A stretch of 64,000 bases of DNA from Anaerolineales bacterium (lineage in GTDB: Bacteria > Chloroflexota > Anaerolineae > Anaerolineales > UBA11858): assembly GCA_016785015.1 (NCBI GenBank), contig JADHTJ010000003.1, positions 24,979-88,978 on the forward strand, read 5' to 3'. Every line of letters begins with the position of its first letter. The first letter of the stretch is position 1. The notes beneath the pieces were generated by a model. It was not told the origin of the DNA and ran no database searches. It saw only the letters and a list, made by a program, of their open reading frames with translations. Shown piece by piece: positions 55,452-63,642 of this stretch. The translations under genes were made by a program, and so were the position numbers.

Positions 55452-56336
55452 ATGAAACGGATTTTTATCTTATTAGTATTGTTGATTTTTCTACTTTCAG
55501 GATGCGGTTCTCGGACCAAAACATCCGATACCACCAACCCCCAAACTTCTTCCCAAACCATCGAAAATAAAGGCTCTGATACTATCGTCAACCTGGCATT
55601 GGCCTGGGCTGAGCGCTATCAGAAAATTCGTCCTGAGGTGCGTCTCTCGGTCACAGGGGGCGGCTCTGGTACGGGTATCGCGGCGTTGATCAACGGCACG
55701 GTCGATATCGCCAACGCCTCCAGGCGGATCAAACCTGAAGAGATCGAGTCCGCTCAAGCCAATGGGAGTGACCCGATTGAATTCGTCATCGCTCGCGATG
55801 CCATCGCTGTGATCGTCAACCTGGAAAATCCCGTTGACGAACTAACCCTACAGCAGATTTCAGATATCTACAGCGGGAAGATCAATAATTGGAGCGAAGT
55901 CGGGGGCGATGATCGCCCCATTGTGCGCCTCTCACGCGAAACAAATTCTGGAACTCATGTTTATTTTCTGGAAGAAGTTCTTCGTCTCGGAGAAAAAGAA
56001 AATAAAACACTCTTCTCCACAAATACGCTTTTGCTGCCTTCGTCTGAGGGCATCGGCGCAGAAATTCGCCTCAACCCTAATGCCATCGGGTATGACGGGC
56101 TTGGTTATGTTACTCATGAAATGAAAGTCATCGCCGTTTCTGCTGATCCTGAAATAGGTTATGTCTTGCCCTCTGCGGACAGTGTTAACAATGAGGAATA
56201 CCCCATCGCCCGAGATCTTTATATGTACTCTAATGGTCAACCGACCGGCGTGATCGAAGAGTATCTGGCTTGGATATTATCCCCCGAAGCACAGACTATT
56301 GTCACTGAACTTGGGTTTGTGCCCATAAATCCTTAA
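55452..56336 (+). CDS. pstS: Phosphate ABC transporter substrate-binding lipoprotein PstS
   Basis: Lipobox LLSGC. GSDTIVNLA...TGGGSGTGIAALINGTVDIANASR is the PBP-like phosphate-binding pattern. Confidence 0.88.
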   Translation: MKRIFILLVLLIFLLSGCGSRTKTSDTTNPQTSSQTIENKGSDTIVNLALAWAERYQKIRPEVRLSVTGGGSGTGIAALINGTVDIANASRRIKPEEIESAQANGSDPIEFVIARDAIAVIVNLENPVDELTLQQISDIYSGKINNWSEVGGDDRPIVRLSRETNSGTHVYFLEEVLRLGEKENKTLFSTNTLLLPSSEGIGAEIRLNPNAIGYDGLGYVTHEMKVIAVSADPEIGYVLPSADSVNNEEYPIARDLYMYSNGQPTGVIEEYLAWILSPEAQTIVTELGFVPINP

Positions 56337-56352
56337 GCAATACGAGGCTCTT

Positions 56353-57249
56353 ATGCAAAGTGCTCTCAACTGGCGCGAATATATCATCACCCGCCTGATC
56401 AAGATTTCAGGCTATTCAGCGATTGTATTCGTCGGACTGATCTTTTTCTTCCTGTTGCGGGAGGGCTTACCAACGCTAAGCGAAGTCGAATTCAAAAGCT
56501 TGTTTGCGACTCGCTGGTACCCGATTGAAGATTATTTTGGCATTTTGCCCCTGATTGGGGGATCGCTGATCGTCACCATCGGAGCAACAATGATCGCAGT
56601 CCCCTTTGGAGTTGGCGCGGCGGTTTATATCTCCGAGATCGCTCCCCGCTGGATGAGGGAAATCCTTAAACCCTTGGTAGAAGTTTTAGGTGGCCTTCCT
56701 TCGGTTGTCTTAGGGTTTTTGGGGATACTGGTCTTATCTCCCTATCTGCGAGTTTTCCTGGATCTACCTACCGGATTGACAGCATTGGCTGGCTCACTCC
56801 TTTTGGGTGGCATCGCTATCCCAACGGTTGTGTCTGTCTCCGAAGATGCCCTGGACGCGGTGCCGAAATCTTATCGTGACGCTTCGCTGGCGCTGGGCGC
56901 TACCGAATGGCAGACCATCTGGCGAGTGACCTTGCCCGCAGCCCGTTCGGGAGTACTTACAGCCATCATGTTGGGGGTTGGCCGCGCCATCGGCGAAACC
57001 ATGACAGTAATGATGGTCACCGGTAACGCTCCCGTGTTACCCAAGGGATTAGGCGCCCTCTTTGCCCCCGCTAGAACCATGACTGCGACAATCGCCGCCG
57101 AAATGGGTGAAGTCGCTAATGGCAGTGTGCACTACCACATTCTGTTCTTCATTGGTATCGTCCTTTTTCTCATATCACTGATAGTCAATGTGACAGCATC
57201 GGCGGTGGTATTCCGCCAGCGCAAGCGCCAGGAACGCATTCTTTCATAA
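56353..57249 (+). CDS. pstC: Phosphate ABC transporter permease PstC
   Basis: Six TM spans with the EAA-like loop SYRDASLALGATEWQTIWRVTLPAA. Confidence 0.88.
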   Translation: MQSALNWREYIITRLIKISGYSAIVFVGLIFFFLLREGLPTLSEVEFKSLFATRWYPIEDYFGILPLIGGSLIVTIGATMIAVPFGVGAAVYISEIAPRWMREILKPLVEVLGGLPSVVLGFLGILVLSPYLRVFLDLPTGLTALAGSLLLGGIAIPTVVSVSEDALDAVPKSYRDASLALGATEWQTIWRVTLPAARSGVLTAIMLGVGRAIGETMTVMMVTGNAPVLPKGLGALFAPARTMTATIAAEMGEVANGSVHYHILFFIGIVLFLISLIVNVTASAVVFRQRKRQERILS

Positions 57250-57251
57250 TC

Positions 57252-58118
57252 ATGGCTTCTTCAACTTCCTCACAATCACGCTATTTCACCCAGCGTCTGG
57301 GTTTTAGCTTCTTGACTTTGATGACTGTATTTACAGTCATTCCAATTTTGGCCGTAGTCATCTATATCGTTGTTCTCGGCTCACCGGCTATTTCTGGAGA
57401 GTTTATCGTAGGCTTCCCTCGCGAGGGAATGCGCGCCGGGGGTATCTGGCCTGCAATCGTGGGTACGTTATACCTGACACTAGGAACAGCAATTTTTGCT
57501 GTTCCCTTAGGCATCGGTGCAGCAATCTATCTCTCGGAGTATGCATCCGATAACCGCTGGACACGTTTGATTCGCATTGCCATCATTAACCTGGCAGGCA
57601 TTCCATCCGTTGTGTACGGTCTATTTGGGTTAGGATTATTCGTACTTTTCCTGAATTTTGGGACCAGTATCCTGGCTGGGTCTTTAACACTTTCGATCAT
57701 GACCCTCCCAGTGATCATCAGCACCACCGAGGAAGCGCTACGAGCTGTTCCCCAGGCTTTCCGCACAGTGAGCATTTCTGTTGGTGCTACTCAATGGCAG
57801 ACCATCCGCCGGATCGTGCTACCACAAGCGCTACCAGGTATGCTAACAGGTGTCATCTTAGGTTTGGAACGAGCCGCGGGGGAAACGGCTCCAATTCTGT
57901 TTACTGTAGCGGCTTTTTTCTTGCCCAGGTTGCCAAACACCCCCTTGGACGCCACCATGGCCTTACCGTACCATCTGTTCGTTATCTCCACGCAAGTTCC
58001 AGGGATGCCCATAAAAATTCAATATGGTACTGCGTTAGTATTGTTGGTATTCGTGCTCAGCATGAACGTCATCGCTACCATCATCCGCTCTCGGGCGCGC
58101 GCCCGTCGTCAATGGTAG
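57252..58118 (+). CDS. pstA: Phosphate ABC transporter permease PstA
   Basis: Permease with loop AFRTVSISVGATQWQTIRRIVLPQA, directly after pstC. Confidence 0.88.
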   Translation: MASSTSSQSRYFTQRLGFSFLTLMTVFTVIPILAVVIYIVVLGSPAISGEFIVGFPREGMRAGGIWPAIVGTLYLTLGTAIFAVPLGIGAAIYLSEYASDNRWTRLIRIAIINLAGIPSVVYGLFGLGLFVLFLNFGTSILAGSLTLSIMTLPVIISTTEEALRAVPQAFRTVSISVGATQWQTIRRIVLPQALPGMLTGVILGLERAAGETAPILFTVAAFFLPRLPNTPLDATMALPYHLFVISTQVPGMPIKIQYGTALVLLVFVLSMNVIATIIRSRARARRQW

Positions 58119-58125
58119 GGTCCTT

Positions 58126-58896
58126 ATGAAAAAGATAAAGACACCCAAAATCAAGATCAAGGACCTCACTTTACATTACTCCGACGGCAATGAATCTTTG
58201 CGGGGAATCAGCATGGACATTCCCAAGAACGCGATCACTGTGATGTTTGGTCCTGCGGGCGGTGGTAAATCCAGCCTGCTGAGAGTTCTCAATCGCCTAA
58301 ACGATCTCACAGATGTTGCTCAAATCGAAGGGAGTGTTCTGCTCGATGAAGAAGACATCCTAGACCCTAAAATTGATGTCATAGCATTACGGCGGCGTGT
58401 GGGTATGGTTTTCGCTCGACCGGTTGTGCTGCCGATGAGCATACGTGAGAATTTGACATATGGATTAGAAGTAGCTGGAGAAAAGGACAACACTACGCTG
58501 GATGCAGCTGTCGAACGCAGCCTGCAGCAAGCTGCCCTGTGGGATGAAGTTCAAGATCGACTGGAAGAACCGGCGGTAGTTCTCTCTGGAGGGCAGCAGC
58601 AACGCTTATGTCTGGCCCGGGTATTGGCCCTTGAACCAGAGGTCATCTTGTTGGATGAACCCACCAGTGGCCTCGATCCTATATCTACTGGGAAAGTTGA
58701 AGAATCCCTGCAAGAACTAAAAGAAGAGTACACCATCATCCTGGTACCCCACTCCGTACAACAGGCTGCTCGCACCGCAGATTACGCCGCATTTTTCCTG
58801 CAGGGAGAATTGGTAGAATACGCCCAGGGTGATAGTTTATTCATCAATCCCAAAGATGCGCGCACACAAGATTATGTGGAGGGTCGCTTTGGGTAG
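58126..58896 (+). CDS. pstB: Phosphate ABC transporter ATP-binding protein, divergent PstB paralogue
   Basis: Same overall PstB layout (LNRLNDL..., LSGGQQQRLCLARVLA), but with atypical Walker A GPAGGGKSS, Walker B region LDEPTSGLDP and H-loop VPHSVQQA. Confidence 0.8.
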   Translation: MKKIKTPKIKIKDLTLHYSDGNESLRGISMDIPKNAITVMFGPAGGGKSSLLRVLNRLNDLTDVAQIEGSVLLDEEDILDPKIDVIALRRRVGMVFARPVVLPMSIRENLTYGLEVAGEKDNTTLDAAVERSLQQAALWDEVQDRLEEPAVVLSGGQQQRLCLARVLALEPEVILLDEPTSGLDPISTGKVEESLQELKEEYTIILVPHSVQQAARTADYAAFFLQGELVEYAQGDSLFINPKDARTQDYVEGRFG

Positions 58897-58953
58897 TATG
58901 GTTGGATTATCAACCTAAACCATTGTAGGGGAGAATTATTGGTTGGTCAAACA

Positions 58954-58981
58954 TTGTTAACGGACTGAATAATGCTATAAT
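58954..58981 (+). promoter_or_regulatory. Possible internal promoter for phoU
   Basis: TTGTTA (58954-58959), 16-nt spacer, TATAAT (58976-58981). This would start transcription just before the structured element. Confidence 0.3.
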
Positions 58982-58993
58982 TTTAAACCAATT

Positions 58994-59106
58994 AGGACTT
59001 ACGCAGTTTGTGCATTTCCAGGGTAGGAACCCAACCGCGTTGGGTGTCGGATTACCTGTTCTATGCCCAACATGGTTGGGCTGGCTACCCCAAGTTCGTA
59101 AGTCCT
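58994..59106 (+). ncRNA. Candidate structured RNA element / phoU leader (nested four-helix fold)
   Basis: P1 AGGACTTACG (58994-59003) pairs with CGTAAGTCCT (59097-59106). P2 GGGTAG (59021-26) pairs with CTACCC (59085-90). P3 ACCCAAC-CGC-GTTGGGT (59029-45). P4 GCCCAAC-ATG-GTTGGGC (59065-81). P3 and P4 share arm sequences, so an alternative P3(3')-P4(5') pairing is possible. Confidence 0.4.
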
Positions 59107-59146
59107 GCCAATATTGGTTCGTAGTAAGGTTAGGAAGGCAAAAAAC

Positions 59147-59830
59147 ATGACTAGAGAGACATTAGATAAGAAGATACAAGGGCTGCTTGATGATGTCCTT
59201 ACTTTGGGCAGTATGGTCGAGGAAGCAATCCTCGACTCAGTTAGGGCCCTCAAAAAACGCGATCAAGAATTAGCCAAAAAGATTTATGAAGGCGATAAAA
59301 AGATCAATAAAAGACGTTATAAGATAGAGAGAAGCACCGTTACTGTTATTGCCACCCAACAACCCATGGCCAGTGATCTACGAATTTTGGCTTCGATTAT
59401 TGAAGTTGCCGGGGAAATTGAGCGCATGGGCGACTATGCCAAAGGAATCGCGCTGATAACTTCTCGGCTTGGCGATGAGCCCCCAGTCAAGCCGTTAATC
59501 GATATCCCCAAAATGGCCGACCTCACAGCTGATATGCTCCATCGTGCTTTGGGTGCCTTCGTTGAAGCAGATGTCGATACAGCCTTAGAAATCCCCAGTG
59601 AAGATGATCAAGTTGACCATCTTTATAATCAGGTGTATCGAGAACTGCTTACCTGTATGATGGCTAATCCCGAAACCATCGACGGGGCGACTTTGCTACT
59701 TTGGGTAGCCCATAATCTCGAACGCGTTGCCGACCGCGTCACCAATATTTGTGAGCGCACACGTTATGTGGCCACTGGAAAACTCAAGGATATTGATGTA
59801 TCCGACGACGAACAATTCTTAGATGACTAA
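59147..59830 (+). CDS. phoU: Phosphate signalling complex protein PhoU
   Basis: The ATG at 59147 follows AGGAAGG. Two PhoU repeats with E(x)3D-type motifs (IERMGDYAKGIA; NLERVADRVTNICE). Confidence 0.88.
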   Translation: MTRETLDKKIQGLLDDVLTLGSMVEEAILDSVRALKKRDQELAKKIYEGDKKINKRRYKIERSTVTVIATQQPMASDLRILASIIEVAGEIERMGDYAKGIALITSRLGDEPPVKPLIDIPKMADLTADMLHRALGAFVEADVDTALEIPSEDDQVDHLYNQVYRELLTCMMANPETIDGATLLLWVAHNLERVADRVTNICERTRYVATGKLKDIDVSDDEQFLDD

Positions 59831-59850
59831 TTGAGATAATCACACCGCTG

Positions 59851-59885
59851 CTGGCTCTCGCTGAATAGAAGAGCCAGTTTTTTTT
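59851..59885 (+). terminator. Rho-independent terminator after phoU
   Basis: CTGGCTCT - 11 nt - AGAGCCAG followed by TTTTTTTT. Confidence 0.75.
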
Positions 59886-60003
59886 ATTAATTCCCAGAAT
59901 TGTGACAAAAGCAATTTGATTTCCCAAGGAGAAAATGCTACACTTTCCACACTGCAACTTCGAAATTTTTAATTCGTTATATTGTTTGAAAAGATTATTC
60001 TTT

Positions 60004-60070
60004 GTCATCCTGAGTGAACGAAGGATCTCCCGCTCAAAGATCAGAGATTCTTCACTTCGTTCAGAATGAC
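60004..60070. repeat. Family B palindromic element, copy 3 (variant)
   Basis: GTCATCCTGAGTGAACGAAGGATCT...CAGAGATTCTTCACTTCGTTCAGAATGAC. The listed minus-strand ORF 59784..60128 (CHSERSEESL...) is just its translation. Confidence 0.75.
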
Positions 60071-60108
60071 AACTAATTTGGATAATATTAGGGAATGGAG
60101 GTTCTCTT

Positions 60109-60480
60109 ATGTCTGCTGGAAAAGTCATTGCCTATATCTTCGCTGCCATACTGATCTTCTTCGGTGTTCTGTTCATTTGGGCTACTTTCAGCCCTGAGGG
60201 GCAAATTGGATGGCTCCTTGTCGGAATCATTAGCGTTGTAATCGGATTTGGGGTTATTTGGTTCGCCGGTCGAAAGAAAACATCTACTGCCGGAGAGCAC
60301 GGCGAAGGCGTTACCTTGAAAATTGATCTACCCGGAGATGTCAGCCTCGATACGCTCAAATGTCAATCTTGTGGAGGCTCCCTCACGGCCGATAACATCC
60401 AAATGCTGGCAGGTGCTCCAACAGTCAGCTGCCCATTCTGTAATACAACCTATCAAATAACCGAAGAACCGAAGTGGTAA
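60109..60480 (+). CDS. Small membrane protein (2 TM) with C-terminal Cys4 zinc ribbon
   Basis: GGAGG Shine-Dalgarno sequence. Two hydrophobic spans, then CQSCGG...CPFCNTTY. Confidence 0.6.
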   Translation: MSAGKVIAYIFAAILIFFGVLFIWATFSPEGQIGWLLVGIISVVIGFGVIWFAGRKKTSTAGEHGEGVTLKIDLPGDVSLDTLKCQSCGGSLTADNIQMLAGAPTVSCPFCNTTYQITEEPKW

Positions 60481-60516
60481 AAACGTTCAAACGTTGAACC
60501 TTGAGGAGAATGCAAA

Positions 60517-62193
60517 ATGAATAAGCGATTACTCACCTCAGCATTATTGCTGATCCTGTTATTCGCCCTCCCGATTAGCGCGCTGGCGCAAACATATTAC
60601 TTCAGCCTAGATCAAGAGATTGTGAATGTCTTTTGGGAGGAAGACGGCACCCAAACTCTTGATTACGTCTTCGTCTTCAGCAACAGCCCTAGCGCTTCTC
60701 CCATTGATTTCGTCGATGTGGGATTCCCCAACGACAATTACAGCCTTTCTAATGTCAGCGCAGAGGTGGATGGCCATCCAATCCTCAATATCGAATACTC
60801 TCCCTACGTCGACAGCGGCGTGGCATTAGGATTGGGAAGTAATGCCATAAAACCAGGCCAAACCGGTCGCGTGCACGTCAAGGTTACAAGCATTCGCGGT
60901 GTACTCTTCGTCGACAGCGATGACAGCAATTACGCTAGTGCCGTTTTCAGCCCCACCTGGTTTGGCTCTGAGTATGTTTATGGATCGACAGACCTACAGG
61001 TAACTTTCCACTTACCCCCTGGCGTACAGCCAGACGAGCCCCGCTGGCATGCATCGCCTTCTGGATGGCCATCAGAACCAGCCACAGCCCTCGATCAGGA
61101 AGGTCGAGTGGCCTACACCTGGCGCAACACCAACGCCAATGCCCATACCCAATACAAGTTTGGCTCATCCTTCCCAAAAACCTATGTTCCCGCAAGCACA
61201 ATTGTCTCCCCAGGCTTATTTGAACGCTTAGGCATCGATCCAGAAGCAGTCACTGGTTTCTTGTGCTGCGGTGGTATCTTCGGTTTGATCGCATTAATCA
61301 CCTGGGCTGGAGCCACCAGCGCTCGCAAACGAAAAATGAAATACCTGCCTCCCAAGATCCGCATCGAGGGGCATGGCATCAAACGCGGTCTAACAGCTGT
61401 CGAAGCGGGGATTCTGATGGAACAACCCGCCGACAAAGTTCTGACAATGATCTTATTCGCCGTTTTGAAGAAGGATGCCGCCAGCGTCGTTTCGCGTGAT
61501 CCCCTGAAATTAGATGTTACTACGCCCTTGCCTGAAAAACTGCGCTACTATGAGCGCGATTTCCTAAACGCTTTCTCCGAAGGGAGTAAGAAACAACGCA
61601 CTCTAAACCTTCAAGATCTGATGGTCAAGTTGATCAAAAATGTTGGCAAAAAAATGAAGGGCTTCAGCCATAAAGAATCGGTCGCATACTACAAAAGCAT
61701 CATGCGCAAAGCCTGGCAGCAAGTCGAGGAGGCCGAAACTCCCGAAATCCGCAGTGAGAAATACGACGAGCATATGGGCTGGACCATGCTCGATAAAGAT
61801 TTCGACCGCCGTACCGAAGATGTATTTCGCACCGGACCCGTCTTTGTACCCATGTGGTGGCATCGCTACGATCCAGGCTGGGGTCGCTCAAGGTCAGTAA
61901 CACCGAAACCCATGGCTACTGGTGGTAGATCTGGCAGCGGCCAATCCGCGCCTTCCATGCCCAACCTGCCAGGTGGAGAGTTTGCCGCCTCAGTGGTTGG
62001 CGGCATGCAGGGCTTCGCCAGCGACGTGGTTGGCAATGTCACTAACTTCACCAACCGCATTACTAATAAAACCAACCCTGTTCCCAAGTCATCCTCCTCA
62101 GGTAGCGGCTGGAGCAGCAGCGGTGGCAGCAGTTGTGCTTGCGCCTGTGCTTGCGCTGGATGCGCCTGTGCCTGTGCAGGTGGTGGACGATAA
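60517..62193 (+). CDS. DUF2207-like exported/membrane protein with Ser/Gly-rich linker and C-terminal alternating Cys-Ala tail
   Basis: Signal peptide (LLLILLFALPISALA). N-terminal beta-rich domain starting YYFSLDQEIVNVFWEEDGTQTLDYVFVF. Single central TM (GFLCCGGIFGLIALITWAGA) followed by RKRKMK, so the C-half is cytoplasmic. The last 21 aa are SSCACACACAGCACACAGGGR. Confidence 0.7.
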   Translation: MNKRLLTSALLLILLFALPISALAQTYYFSLDQEIVNVFWEEDGTQTLDYVFVFSNSPSASPIDFVDVGFPNDNYSLSNVSAEVDGHPILNIEYSPYVDSGVALGLGSNAIKPGQTGRVHVKVTSIRGVLFVDSDDSNYASAVFSPTWFGSEYVYGSTDLQVTFHLPPGVQPDEPRWHASPSGWPSEPATALDQEGRVAYTWRNTNANAHTQYKFGSSFPKTYVPASTIVSPGLFERLGIDPEAVTGFLCCGGIFGLIALITWAGATSARKRKMKYLPPKIRIEGHGIKRGLTAVEAGILMEQPADKVLTMILFAVLKKDAASVVSRDPLKLDVTTPLPEKLRYYERDFLNAFSEGSKKQRTLNLQDLMVKLIKNVGKKMKGFSHKESVAYYKSIMRKAWQQVEEAETPEIRSEKYDEHMGWTMLDKDFDRRTEDVFRTGPVFVPMWWHRYDPGWGRSRSVTPKPMATGGRSGSGQSAPSMPNLPGGEFAASVVGGMQGFASDVVGNVTNFTNRITNKTNPVPKSSSSGSGWSSSGGSSCACACACAGCACACAGGGR

Positions 62194-62230
62194 TCAGTGG
62201 GTAGTTAATGGTGATTAGTGGATAGAAAAT

Positions 62231-63637
62231 ATGATTAACGGGATTCAATCTTTAATTACAAATCTCAAATCTGCGGTCAGCCGTCAGCCATCAGCCGTCA
62301 GTACAGCATTACCGCCACCTGGTTTGCATCACTTCACCCGTGAAACTCCAGAAGAGCACTCGCGCATCCATCTGCGCGTCGATCCTGATGGACACGGCAC
62401 ATTGATTGTTAACGCCAATCAGGTGGTGCATTTCAACCCAACGGCCACGCTGATGGCATACCTGACCCTCGAAGAAATTTCCAGAGAAAAGGCCATCCGC
62501 CAGATTCAGCGCACCTACAATGTACCCAAGAAGCTGGCCCAACTTGACTATACGCATTTTCTCAACGATCTTGAAGTAATCCTGCGCCCAGATGGTTGCC
62601 TAGCCTGCACCTTGGACGAATTGGAAATCGTTGCACCCTTCAGTGCCCGTCCCATGGCTCCCTATCGTATGGATCTGGCACTGACGTATCGCTGCAACGA
62701 CGATTGTGCACACTGCTACAATGCTCGCCCGCGCGATTATCCTGAATTGCCCACTCAGACTTGGAAGGAGATCATTGACCGCTGTTGGGAATTGAGCATC
62801 CCGCATATCGTTTTCACCGGAGGCGAACCAACCTTACGAGACGATCTTCCAGAGCTGATCGCCCACGCGGAATCTAATGGCCAGATCACTGGGGTCAATA
62901 CCAATGCCCGGAGGCTAAGCGATCCCCATTTCGTAGAAGCCCTCGTAAAGTCCGGCCTGGATCACATCCAAATCACGGTTGAGTCCCATGACGCACAAAT
63001 CCACGACCAGATGGTTGGAAAACACGGTGCATGGAATCAAACTATTGCGGGTCTGCGCAATGTACTCGCCAGCCCACTCTTCGTGATGACCAACACCACC
63101 ATGCTGCAAGATAATTACAGTTCTCTTAATGAAACTCTCGATTTCTTGGCGGGTTTAGGAGTCCCAACAGTGGGGTTGAACGCCCTGATCTACTCGGGGC
63201 GCGGGTTGTCGGTTGGTACGGGTCTAAGAGAAAGTGAATTGCCTGCATTACTCGATTTGGCGCGCCAGAAAACTGAAGCCCACGGACAACGCCTGATCTG
63301 GTACACGCCGACGCAATACTGTCAATTCGACCCCATGCAGTTCGACCTTGGAGTCAAAGGATGCACCGCGGCCCTCTACAATATGTGCGTGGAGCCTGAT
63401 GGGGGCGTACTGCCCTGTCAATCGTATTACCAACAATTGGGCAATATTCTGGATGATCCTTGGGACTCTATATGGAATCACACGCTTTCCACCTCGATCC
63501 GAGAAAGAGATTACATTCCCGATGCTTGTGCAGATTGTGCAGTATTAGGCGAGTGCGGCGGCGGATGTCCTCTGGCTTTAGAAGCAGACCCATCATCCAT
63601 AATCCCAATTGAAAACATTGAGTTGATCTCTATCTAA
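62231..63637 (+). CDS. Radical SAM / SPASM-domain enzyme with N-terminal PqqD-like (RRE-like) extension
   Basis: CxxxCxxC cluster motif LTYRCNDDCAHCYN. GGEPTL SAM-binding motif. C-terminal auxiliary-cluster cysteines (GCTAALYNMCVEPDGGVLPCQ...CADCAVLGECGGGCP). The ~130-aa N-terminus LIVNANQVVHFNPTATLMAYL...AIRQIQRTYNVPKKLAQLDYTHFLNDL resembles PqqD-type peptide-binding domains. Confidence 0.8.
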   Translation: MINGIQSLITNLKSAVSRQPSAVSTALPPPGLHHFTRETPEEHSRIHLRVDPDGHGTLIVNANQVVHFNPTATLMAYLTLEEISREKAIRQIQRTYNVPKKLAQLDYTHFLNDLEVILRPDGCLACTLDELEIVAPFSARPMAPYRMDLALTYRCNDDCAHCYNARPRDYPELPTQTWKEIIDRCWELSIPHIVFTGGEPTLRDDLPELIAHAESNGQITGVNTNARRLSDPHFVEALVKSGLDHIQITVESHDAQIHDQMVGKHGAWNQTIAGLRNVLASPLFVMTNTTMLQDNYSSLNETLDFLAGLGVPTVGLNALIYSGRGLSVGTGLRESELPALLDLARQKTEAHGQRLIWYTPTQYCQFDPMQFDLGVKGCTAALYNMCVEPDGGVLPCQSYYQQLGNILDDPWDSIWNHTLSTSIRERDYIPDACADCAVLGECGGGCPLALEADPSSIIPIENIELISI

Positions 63638-63642
63638 AAAAT

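Noticed and set aside
59784-60128. A 114-aa minus-strand ORF (…ISCHSERSEESLIFEREILRSLRMTKNN…).
   Set aside because: It runs through family B repeat copy 3 and the phoU terminator. The peptide is the typical read-through translation of this repeat type.
62134-62193. The idea that the rSAM enzyme is an anaerobic sulfatase-maturating enzyme making formylglycine from the Cys tail.
   Set aside because: anSME substrates carry C/S-x-P/A-x-R. The tail has Cys at position +2 of every Cys (C-A-C-A), no sulfatase domain is present, and anSMEs lack an N-terminal PqqD-like extension.
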